From Oscillospiraceae bacterium (GTDB lineage Bacteria; Bacillota; Clostridia; Oscillospirales; SIG627), in contig SVTC01000008.1 in assembly GCA_015063985.1 (NCBI GenBank), positions 8,324 through 72,323 of the forward strand: 64,000 nt of DNA, read 5' to 3'. This document shows, piece by piece, positions 47,563-54,684 of the stretch (position 1 is the first letter of the stretch; every line of letters begins with the position of its first letter). The position numbers and the translations under genes are program-made. Under the pieces are notes generated by a model. It did not search any database and had not been told where the DNA came from. It saw nothing but the letters and a program-made list of their open reading frames with translations.

Positions 47563-48037
47563 TTTCGTAATCCTCTCCCAAAATGTTTTTGATCTGCTCT
47601 CGGGCACGGAAAAGCCTGACCTTAAAGGCCTGCTCCGATATTCCCAGCACCGCGGCACCCTTGGCAACGCTAAGTGAATCGTAGTAAAAAAGTATAAGCG
47701 CCATGCGGTACTTTTCGGAAAGAGACATAACGGCGTTTCTGACGTCCAGCTCACGGGCCCTTGAGCCGATACTGTCATCGGGATCGGGAAGCTCCTCACC
47801 CAGCTCCGCGGATCTTCTTCTCCAGGGGACTCTCAGCTTGTTTTTGGCGCAATTTACCGTGACCTTCAAAAGCCAGTTTTTCAAATACTCTTCGCTTTCA
47901 AAGGTCTTGGAGCTGCTTACGTATTTAACAAAAACGTCCTGCAGAACGTCCTCTGCGTCACTGTGATCCTTCAGGTATGCCAAGGCTGTAATATATACCT
48001 GCTTGGAATACTTCTTGAAAACCTCTTCGCCCTTCAC
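47549..48037 (-). CDS. RNA polymerase ECF-type sigma-70 factor
   Basis: Region 2 (DAEDVLQDVFVK...NWL..V..N) and region 4 HTH (LSEKYR....L.YYD.LSV.........GIS....KVRL.RAR). GTG start after GGAGA. Confidence 0.9.
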   Translation of the reverse strand: MKGEEVFKKYSKQVYITALAYLKDHSDAEDVLQDVFVKYVSSSKTFESEEYLKNWLLKVTVNCAKNKLRVPWRRRSAELGEELPDPDDSIGSRARELDVRNAVMSLSEKYRMALILFYYDSLSVAKGAAVLGISEQAFKVRLFRAREQIKNILGEDYENEAF

Positions 48038-48092
48038 CGTCGATCTCCTTTTTGCAGATTCTGTAAATATTACACTTGGGGCAGGAAAAAGG

Positions 48093-49364
48093 TTACAGCT
48101 TTAATAAAATATTTCTGATTTTTTCCGTATCCGCCTTCTTTTTGTTGGTCTTTATACTCAGAACAAGATTATCGCAGGTAAAGATTTCTCTTGAAAGCCT
48201 GTCGATATCATCGTTCTTTATCGAAGCGTAGACTCGGCTCCTCTCCCTCTCGTCGGGATAAAACTCGCCCAGAATATGGCAGTTATACGCTCTCGCCCAA
48301 TTTAATTCGTCGGGGTTATCAAGGATCATATCTCCGTTATCGGTATATGCCGCTCTGACGTAATCAAGCTCATCGCTTATACCGCGCTTCATATCCTTTA
48401 AAAGTCCGACCACTATTTCCACGGCCTTTATTATATCCTGTGGCTTGACCTCAAAGGAAAAGGAAAGATTTCCCACGTTGTTATACTTCTCAAGCCTTGC
48501 ATCGTAGCTGTAGACTATACCGTTTTTCTCGCTGAGCTCCTGAAACATCTTACAGTTATCGCCGCAAAAGAGAACGTCGTACAACAGATTCAGCGCCACG
48601 CAGTCAAAGCGGGCGGTATCAAGATCAAAGGAAAATCTGAGAAAATGATCGCAGGAGTTTTTCACGTTAACAAGGCAGTTCCTGTTAAAAAAGCTCTTGG
48701 GAACGGGGGCGATATTCTCCTTTTTTCTTGCTCCATGGCCTATATCGGCACCTTCGCAAAGCTCCTTCAAGCTCTCACACTGAGCATCGCTCACGTTTCC
48801 CGTTACGTAGAAAAACAGATTCTCGCTGCACAAAAGCTCCCTTCTGAAGCTTTCGAGAGCAGTTTTTCCGACGGAATCCACCACGCCGATCTTGCCCGTG
48901 ATAAGATTCTTTAAGGGAGTGCCCTCCCACACGAAGCCGTCGGCAAAATAATCGAGACTGTTTTTGTCATCGGCCTCTCTTATCTCCGCCTTGATGCGCT
49001 TTTTTTCCGTGGCAATATCCGAGGCGGGAACGGTTATCGGCTTAAAAAGATCACAAAGCACCCTGCAGGCAAAGTCAAAGTGCTTGGGCGCACCGATGAC
49101 CGTAAACCTCACAAACTCCTTATAGGTGCTTGCATTGAAATCCAGACCCTTTTTATCCAAAAGTCGATATAGCTCGGAGCCGTACAGATAATTTAAATTG
49201 CGAAAGCTTACGTGTTCCAACAAATGAGTGATGCCGTTTTGGCTCTCCGGCTCATATAAGCAACCGCCCCGCACATACAGACAGATACAAAAGCTGTGCA
49301 GTGCGGGGTTGGGATAGCTGTGGATAAGAACACCGTTGTCGCAACGAAGTGTTTTTTCCCTCAA
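48093..49364 (-). CDS. M16 family (pitrilysin/insulinase-like) metallopeptidase
   Basis: Inverted zinc motif HLLEH (GITHLLEHVSFR). About 420 aa. Confidence 0.8.
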   Translation of the reverse strand: MREKTLRCDNGVLIHSYPNPALHSFCICLYVRGGCLYEPESQNGITHLLEHVSFRNLNYLYGSELYRLLDKKGLDFNASTYKEFVRFTVIGAPKHFDFACRVLCDLFKPITVPASDIATEKKRIKAEIREADDKNSLDYFADGFVWEGTPLKNLITGKIGVVDSVGKTALESFRRELLCSENLFFYVTGNVSDAQCESLKELCEGADIGHGARKKENIAPVPKSFFNRNCLVNVKNSCDHFLRFSFDLDTARFDCVALNLLYDVLFCGDNCKMFQELSEKNGIVYSYDARLEKYNNVGNLSFSFEVKPQDIIKAVEIVVGLLKDMKRGISDELDYVRAAYTDNGDMILDNPDELNWARAYNCHILGEFYPDERERSRVYASIKNDDIDRLSREIFTCDNLVLSIKTNKKKADTEKIRNILLKL

Positions 49365-49370
49365 TTCAAT

Positions 49371-50468
49371 TTACGCCTTTCCTTCAAGAATATCTGCGAT
49401 CCTGCGGCAGGCAAGACCGTCACCGTAGGGGTTGGAGGCCTCGGACATAGCCGAATATGCCTTTTCGTCCTCCAAAAGAAGCTTGAAATGATCGTAGATC
49501 ACCTTTTCATCGGTGCCGACCAGCTTAAGAGTTCCCGCCTTGATGCCCTCGGGACGCTCGGTGGTGTCTCGCATAACGAGCACGGGCTTGCCAAGGGAGG
49601 GCGCCTCCTCCTGGATCCCGCCGCTATCGGTGAGGATGAGATAGCTTCTCGCAAGGAAGTTATGGAAGTCCAAAACGTCCAGAGGCTCAATGATGCGGAT
49701 CCTGTCACAGCCGCCCAGCTCCTCCTCCGCCGCCTTTCTTACTACGGGATTCATATGTATGGGATATATCGCCTTTACGTCGGGATGCTCGTCGATTATC
49801 CTTCTGATCGCACGGAACATACTGTGCATCGGCTCGCCGAGATTCTCTCTTCTGTGGGCGGTTATCATTATCAGCCTGGAATCACTTGCCCATTCAAGCT
49901 GGGGATGACTGTAATCTTCTCTTACGGTGGTCTTAAGGGCGTCGATAGCGGTATTTCCCGTAACGTATACGGTGCTTTCGTCTCTTCCCTCCTTGAGAAG
50001 GTTTGCCTTGGAAAGCTCGGTGGGCGCAAAGTTATACTTTGAAACTATGCTCACCGCCTGACGGTTGAACTCCTCGGGGAAGGGCGAATGGATATTATAG
50101 GTCCTCAGTCCCGCCTCAACGTGACCGACGGGGATCTGCATATAGAAGCAGGCAAGAGCGGTGGCAAAGGTGGTGGAGGTGTCGCCGTGCACCAACACAA
50201 CGTCGGGTCTTTCCTTTTCCAGAACAGGGCTGATCCCGTTTAAGATGCCCGTGGTGATATCAAAAAGAGTCTGTTTGTTTTTCATTATATCAAGATCGTA
50301 GTCGGGTACCACCTCGAAGGCGTTGAGCACCATATCCAGCATCTGGCGGTGCTGACCGGTAACGCATACAAGAGTATTGATACCGCTGCGGCTCTTAAGC
50401 TCCTTTACAAGGGGACACATTTTTATTGCCTCGGGTCTTGTGCCGAAAACAAGCATAACTTTTTTCAT
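49371..50468 (-). CDS. wecB: UDP-N-acetylglucosamine 2-epimerase (non-hydrolysing)
   Basis: FGTRPEAIKM.P, V.VTGQHR.MLD, V.VHGDT.T, H.EAGLRT and TDSGG.QEEAP.LGKPVLV.R..TERPE. Confidence 0.95.
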   Translation of the reverse strand: MKKVMLVFGTRPEAIKMCPLVKELKSRSGINTLVCVTGQHRQMLDMVLNAFEVVPDYDLDIMKNKQTLFDITTGILNGISPVLEKERPDVVLVHGDTSTTFATALACFYMQIPVGHVEAGLRTYNIHSPFPEEFNRQAVSIVSKYNFAPTELSKANLLKEGRDESTVYVTGNTAIDALKTTVREDYSHPQLEWASDSRLIMITAHRRENLGEPMHSMFRAIRRIIDEHPDVKAIYPIHMNPVVRKAAEEELGGCDRIRIIEPLDVLDFHNFLARSYLILTDSGGIQEEAPSLGKPVLVMRDTTERPEGIKAGTLKLVGTDEKVIYDHFKLLLEDEKAYSAMSEASNPYGDGLACRRIADILEGKA

Positions 50469-50486
50469 TGGTATAACCTCTCTTTA

Positions 50487-50669
50487 TCAATTTTGCTTTT
50501 GTACAAGCTTATATTCATCAAAAAAACGAAAATAGGGGCAGGAGGAATAGTTCCCCGCCATATATCTTGCCAGCTCGTCCTCGTCAAGATCCACTGCGCA
50601 AACGTAATCGTCCAGCTCTTCGTCGTAGACGTTGTTCTCGCAATGATCGCAATTTGAACGCTCCTTCAC
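50487..50669 (-). CDS. small cysteine-containing protein (DUF6472-like), hypothetical
   Basis: 60 aa. CDHC....YDEE.DDY.C..DLDEDE......SCPYF pattern. Confidence 0.55.
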   Translation of the reverse strand: MKERSNCDHCENNVYDEELDDYVCAVDLDEDELARYMAGNYSSCPYFRFFDEYKLVQKQN

Positions 50670-50732
50670 AAAAATCCCCTCCTTCGATTTATTCTTAAAT
50701 GATTATAACACATTGTTTTGATTTTTGCAACA

Positions 50733-50761
50733 ACAAAAAAGTGCGTCCCTTTCAAGACGCA
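50733..50761 (-). terminator. terminator after spoVT
   Basis: Hairpin GTGCGTC-(8 nt)-GACGCAC followed on the minus strand by TTTTTTGTT. Confidence 0.55.
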
Positions 50762-50768
50762 CAAGCCC

Positions 50769-51302
50769 TCAGGCCTCAAGCTGCTTTGCCAAAAATGCCG
50801 CCGCGGTCTGGACAAGCTTTATTTCCAGGTCGGTGGGCTCGCCTTCCCCATCCGTCACACTCAGTACGGCGCCTATTATATCTCCGTCAAGGAGTATGGG
50901 CATAAGGACGCTTACGTAGCTTCCCGCCTTACCCAGATCTATAAGCGCCTGACCGCTTCTGTGGCAAAAGAGCTGTCTTCGTTCTATAAGCCGCTCCAGC
51001 TCCTGAGGCAGCTTCTGATCCACAAACTCCTTTTTCGATATTCCCGCGCAGGCGATTATGCTGTCTCTGTCGCATACCGCCACGTTCAGACCGCAGCTTT
51101 TGTTCAAGGTGTCGCAGTATCCCGATGCAAAGTTAAAAAGCTCCCCTATGGGCGAATACTTTTTAAATATCACTTCCCCATCGTGATCGGTAAATATTTC
51201 CAGCGGGTCGCCCTCTCTTATCCTCATCGTGCGACGAATTTCTTTGGGGATAACGACTCTGCCGAGGTCGTCTATACGTCTTACTATTCCAGTTGCTTTC
51301 AT
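50769..51302 (-). CDS. spoVT: stage V sporulation protein T (AbrB-type N-domain + GAF-like C-domain)
   Basis: MKATGIVRRIDDLGRVVIPKEIRRTMRIREGDPLEIF is the canonical SpoVT/AbrB swapped-hairpin N-terminus. At 177 aa the length matches SpoVT. Confidence 0.9.
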   Translation of the reverse strand: MKATGIVRRIDDLGRVVIPKEIRRTMRIREGDPLEIFTDHDGEVIFKKYSPIGELFNFASGYCDTLNKSCGLNVAVCDRDSIIACAGISKKEFVDQKLPQELERLIERRQLFCHRSGQALIDLGKAGSYVSVLMPILLDGDIIGAVLSVTDGEGEPTDLEIKLVQTAAAFLAKQLEA

Positions 51303-51367
51303 ATATACATTTCTCCTTAAATTACAAATTGTGTTGTTATTATCTGTAATTTGAGGGGATTTATACT
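51292..51367. repeat. left direct repeat: first 11 nt of spoVT plus its upstream region
   Basis: GTTGCTTTCAT-ATATACATTTCTCCTT-aaatta-CAAATTGTGTTGTTATTATCTGTAATTTGAGGGGATTTATACT recurs at 54029-54164. The 43-nt 3' part differs at one base. Confidence 0.85.
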
Positions 51368-51391
51368 TTTAAAACAACTAATAAACTGGGA

Positions 51392-52825
51392 TTATTTCAA
51401 TTTTTGATTGAAAGTTCTTTCAGTTACAGGTTCGTCATAATTCCAGTAAATAATATGAACGCCATTCTTTTTGCACAAGTTAGATTTTTTCAAATCTCTT
51501 TTTTGTAATTCTTTGAATTTTTGTTCGCCGCCAAAATAATCTACTGGACTAAAATGTTGAATTCCTTGATACTCAAAAGCGATTTTTAAAGAAGGAATAT
51601 AAACGTCCAAAGATTGCTGACCAAGCCACTGTGCACGATATTGATAGATGGCTTCGGGATAATGCTTGTGTATCAATTCAAACATTGCAGCTTCGTTTAC
51701 CCACTTGCTAATTTTAATTCCTGCTGCTTTCATTTCCAATAAAAGTGAAGATTCATATTCTTGGAATATTTCTTTTTCTTTTTTGCATTTTTCTTGCAGG
51801 AACCACAAATCTATATCGCCCGAAAAACTACATTTCGATGAACCGTATTCGCCATAAGTGCCTTTAAAATATGCTGTAGAGAATATTTTGTCAAAAATGT
51901 TATTGAATATTTCTTTATCTGTTTTTATTCCTGTCAACATTTTCATTGTATCCAAAAGGCACTGACACATTCTTTCTTGTGAATCGGTCAACGATGGTAA
52001 TGCAGAAAAATATCCGTGTTTTTCTGTTAATGTTATATCCATTATGGAAATAAACATATCCATGGGCACGCCATAAATAGAATATGAACCGCGAAGCCTT
52101 GAAAAAAGATAGCGAACCTCTTTTAATTCTAAATTTTTCTCGTCGAGTTTAATTCGGATGTTTTGTGTTTCATCATTTTCAAATATATTGGGTACAATTT
52201 CAAAAGGCAAACTATGCCTCATTAACCAAGATACTATTTCGCCTGTTTTATTGTTGCCACAAGTGTAATAAAGATATCTATAATCATCATTCCTTTTAAA
52301 AAACTTTTTGCGAAAAAACTCTATAAACTCTTTGTTAATAGAAATTGAAGCGTCAGGCGATGTTTCCTTATGATATCGAGAAATTTCCGCTTGTGTCATA
52401 GCAGAAAGTTCCCAAAGAGTAATATCTCTATCGGCTATTTTGTAACAACCAGTCATTTTATTAAGCGTAAAGCCGTATTGACATGGCCCTAAAAACAAAG
52501 CAGATTCTTTATGTGGCAATTGATACAATTCACCACGAGTATCAATTAAATAATTTTCTTTTGATTTTTCATCGAACACTATTATAGAAGTATATTCTTG
52601 ATTTGATGCAGATACGAAAGCTTTATTAAAAATAATTTGTTCCTGGTCTTTTGTAACATGAACAATACAATGATTTCCACGATATTTCTTTTGATAAAAT
52701 ATGCCCTTTTCCGTATTAACACAAAAAGCGCCTATTTCATATTTTTTTGCCTTGTCTATAGGAAACATAGGAGTTTTATTTGTGATAACTATATCTTTTT
52801 TATTATCCCATTTTTTAACGAGCAT
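51392..52825 (-). CDS. 477-aa protein with C-terminal Vsr/DUF559-like PD-(D/E)XK nuclease domain; N-terminal ~370 aa unassigned
   Basis: AT-rich ORF with AAGAGGTG RBS. C-terminus ...SLDVYIPSLKIAFEYQGIQHF...KRD..K...C...G...I carries the D...(A/V)(F/I)E(Y)xGxQH pattern of restriction-endonuclease-fold proteins. No motif recognised in the N-terminal part. Confidence 0.6.
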   Translation of the reverse strand: MLVKKWDNKKDIVITNKTPMFPIDKAKKYEIGAFCVNTEKGIFYQKKYRGNHCIVHVTKDQEQIIFNKAFVSASNQEYTSIIVFDEKSKENYLIDTRGELYQLPHKESALFLGPCQYGFTLNKMTGCYKIADRDITLWELSAMTQAEISRYHKETSPDASISINKEFIEFFRKKFFKRNDDYRYLYYTCGNNKTGEIVSWLMRHSLPFEIVPNIFENDETQNIRIKLDEKNLELKEVRYLFSRLRGSYSIYGVPMDMFISIMDITLTEKHGYFSALPSLTDSQERMCQCLLDTMKMLTGIKTDKEIFNNIFDKIFSTAYFKGTYGEYGSSKCSFSGDIDLWFLQEKCKKEKEIFQEYESSLLLEMKAAGIKISKWVNEAAMFELIHKHYPEAIYQYRAQWLGQQSLDVYIPSLKIAFEYQGIQHFSPVDYFGGEQKFKELQKRDLKKSNLCKKNGVHIIYWNYDEPVTERTFNQKLK

Positions 52826-52848
52826 ATTTTCACCTCTTTATTATTGTA

Positions 52849-53604
52849 TTATTGATGACTTTCAAGTTCTTTTGTTTTCGCTTCTAACTTTTTAATCTCT
52901 TGGCTTAAGATTTCACTATATTCTGCAGAATAAAAATCAATTTTTGAACTTAAATATGTATTATGCCATAATACTTTTTGTTTTGATTTTATATCTGTTG
53001 CTTCTTCCAGCAGTTTTTCACATTCATTGATTCTATAAAGAAGCAATTCAATATAATTATCCTTAAAAGCCGTTTTTTGCATATAGTCTACAAAAAACAA
53101 ACCATCGCTATCTTGCATTATCCATTTTTGTCGACTTTCATTAGTAGCCAAGTTTAACTTGCCAACGGTTTCTGGGTGTATAACTATTCTGGGGTAAATA
53201 GAAACATTGCTTTCTATATAATAGGCATCTAAAAGAGCGTTTCCCCACAACATAGTTTCATCGGCGAAAAAGTCACCCATTGAAATTCCACCACGAACAA
53301 GATATTTGTGATGAAGAAACTCGTGTTGAATTAAACCACTCAAAATAGCGATAGAAACAAAAGCAGAAAAGTCACCGTTTTGTTTTGTTGGAACTGCAAT
53401 AACAATATTGTCTGAAAAAATTCTAATAATTGGCTTTAGTTTGCTTATTCTTCCGTCATCATATAATTTTTCACATGAAGCTAAAGCATTTTCATACACG
53501 GCATGTACGATATTCAAAGATTTTTCAACGTCTTCCCTGATTTTTTTAGACGAACCTAAAATATCTATAAAAGCAACAACATATTCTTCCAACTTGTGTT
53601 CCAT
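52849..53604 (-). CDS. 251-aa protein with class III nucleotidyl-cyclase-like (palm/CHD) motif pattern and C-terminal coiled coil
   Basis: VAFIDILGSS (D14) parallels F.DI.GFT. IRIFSDNIVIAV (D65) parallels K.IGDA.M. VRGGISMGDFF parallels R.GIH.G. LWGNALLDAYYIES parallels .WGD.VN.A.R.ES. The Asn/Arg of the last motif are not conserved. RBS AAGGGGGA. Sits 23 nt upstream of the nuclease-domain gene. Confidence 0.5.
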   Translation of the reverse strand: MEHKLEEYVVAFIDILGSSKKIREDVEKSLNIVHAVYENALASCEKLYDDGRISKLKPIIRIFSDNIVIAVPTKQNGDFSAFVSIAILSGLIQHEFLHHKYLVRGGISMGDFFADETMLWGNALLDAYYIESNVSIYPRIVIHPETVGKLNLATNESRQKWIMQDSDGLFFVDYMQKTAFKDNYIELLLYRINECEKLLEEATDIKSKQKVLWHNTYLSSKIDFYSAEYSEILSQEIKKLEAKTKELESHQ

Positions 53605-53667
53605 CTGAATCTATCCCCCTTTGTTTATAATATTATATCATATTCTAACACATAAAACAAGCGAGGC

Positions 53668-53853
53668 TCAACACCTCGCTTGTTCTTTATATCGTTTCAA
53701 AATACTATGTACTGCAATCGCAAACTTTTCTTCCAGTGTCAATGTTGTATGAGAGGGGGCTCCTTCTCTTATCCGCATCGTGCGGCGAATTTCTTTGGGG
53801 ATAACAACACGACCAAGGTCGTCTATTCTACGAACAATTCCAGTTGCTTTCAT
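53668..53853 (-). pseudogene. 5' fragment of a second, diverged spoVT/abrB-type gene fused to unrelated sequence
   Basis: The first 30 codons (MKATGIVRRIDDLGRVVIPKEIRRTMRIREG) match SpoVT exactly at protein level. At DNA level 53762-53853 vs 51211-51302 shows 14 mismatches in 92 nt by hand count. In-frame homology then ends, leaving a 61-aa ORF too short for a complete AbrB fold. Confidence 0.6.
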
Positions 53854-53919
53854 AAATATATTGACTCCTCTTTCTTTAATTTAATGAATAATGAAAAATG
53901 AATGATGAATATTGGAATA

Positions 53920-54026
53920 ATTAATGTGTCGGCACAGCCGACAATATTTATATCGTGCCGAAGGCACACCGAAATTATTCACTATTCACTATTCATTATT
54001 CACTCGCAAGGCTCCGCCTTGCGCCC
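53920..54026. repeat. string of small GC hairpins in AT-rich context plus a TTCACTA-type tandem repeat
   Basis: GTCGGCACAGCCGAC, GTGCCGAAGGCAC and GCAAGGCTCCGCCTTGC separated by AATATTTATATC and ATTATTCACTATTCACTATTCATTATTCACT. Confidence 0.7.
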
Positions 54027-54028
54027 CT

Positions 54029-54164
54029 GTTGCTTTCATATATAAATTCTCCTTTGTTGATTTTGTAGGGGCGGCAATCTGCCGCACGCGGGAGGCTGAT
54101 AGCCTCCCCTACGAAAAATTTCAAATTGTGTTGTTATTATCTGTAATTTGAGGAGATTTATACT
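54029..54164. repeat. right direct repeat (spoVT 5' stub + upstream region), interrupted by a 66-bp palindromic insertion
   Basis: GTTGCTTTCAT-ATATAAATTCTCCTT, then the insertion at 54055-54120, then CAAATTGTGTTGTTATTATCTGTAATTTGAGGAGATTTATACT. The insertion holds nested hairpins GTAGGGG[CGGCAatcTGCCG]cacgc[GGGAGGCTgatAGCCTCCC]CTAC. Confidence 0.85.
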
Positions 54165-54171
54165 GCGTGAA

Positions 54172-54200
54172 TTTACTTTTTGAATTGGTTGTGATATAAT
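54172..54200 (+). promoter_or_regulatory. putative sigma-A-type promoter for the 117-aa gene
   Basis: TTTACT, 17 nt spacer, then TGaTATAAT (extended -10) about 30 nt upstream of ATG 54230. The same elements occur at the same spacing at 60388-60416. Confidence 0.45.
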
Positions 54201-54229
54201 AAATAAAAATAATCGATAGGAGGTATTTT

Positions 54230-54583
54230 ATGGCAGATCCGATTATAGAAGAATTAGAAAGTTTCAATGCATTTAGAGTTGATGCTTATTGCGAAGGTTA
54301 TCCGGATGTGATTTTTGAAATCATTTTGGATGTCCAACCGACACAAGAACAAATCACAACTGCCGTTAGTGCTTTGGAACAGTTTGTAAGCCAATATAAC
54401 AAACGCCATTTTTTGAAACCTATTCATTATGTTTCTGATGTTGATAGCTTACCCGACGGCGATCACCCAAGAGGGATATACATACATGTTGATTTTGGTA
54501 ACAGCTCTCCCACTGCTCTAATTGCTGCAGTTGAAGCTTTAGAAAAAACGAAACTGCCTATTTTTAGAGTTGCCTTACAATAA
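54230..54583 (+). CDS. 117-aa acidic cytoplasmic protein, hypothetical
   Basis: AGGAGG RBS 7 nt upstream. AT-rich. No recognisable family. Confidence 0.6.
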   Translation: MADPIIEELESFNAFRVDAYCEGYPDVIFEIILDVQPTQEQITTAVSALEQFVSQYNKRHFLKPIHYVSDVDSLPDGDHPRGIYIHVDFGNSSPTALIAAVEALEKTKLPIFRVALQ

Positions 54584-54607
54584 ATTCATCTGTAAATACA
54601 TAACAAC

Positions 54608-54653
54608 GAGGCTGAGTCAAAAGCAAAATTTTCGCTTTTGACTCAGCCTCTTT
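54608..54653 (+). terminator. strong rho-independent terminator; copy 1 of an identical 46-bp repeat
   Basis: GAGGCTGAGTCAAAAGC-aaaattttc-GCTTTTGACTCAGCCTC-TTT. The 17-bp stem is perfect and a T-run follows. Identical to 61223-61268. Confidence 0.8.
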
Positions 54654-54684
54654 TTTGAGACTTATTGACTCAGCGCCTATGAAT

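Noticed and set aside
47563-47799. N-terminal 79-aa extension of the beta-propeller protein as given in the ORF track.
   Set aside because: The extension lies entirely inside the sigma-factor gene in another frame. The Met at 47562 gives the typical sigma/anti-sigma overlapping arrangement.
53668-53853. AbrB/MazE-type antitoxin forming a toxin-antitoxin pair with the downstream genes.
   Set aside because: Only the first 30 residues match the AbrB swapped-hairpin domain. The fold needs about 45-50 residues and the remainder is unrelated sequence. It is treated as a gene fragment, although a role as a leader ORF for the islet operon cannot be excluded.
53924-54151. 75-aa plus-strand ORF in the hairpin-rich junction region.
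   Set aside because: It spans repeats and palindromes, has no RBS, and its sequence is dictated by the hairpins. It is almost certainly non-coding.
51368-54653. Prophage remnant, transposon or integrative element with its own recombinase.
   Set aside because: No integrase, transposase, recombinase, terminal inverted repeats of IS type or phage structural genes are present. The boundaries are direct repeats of host sequence, which fits homologous recombination better.
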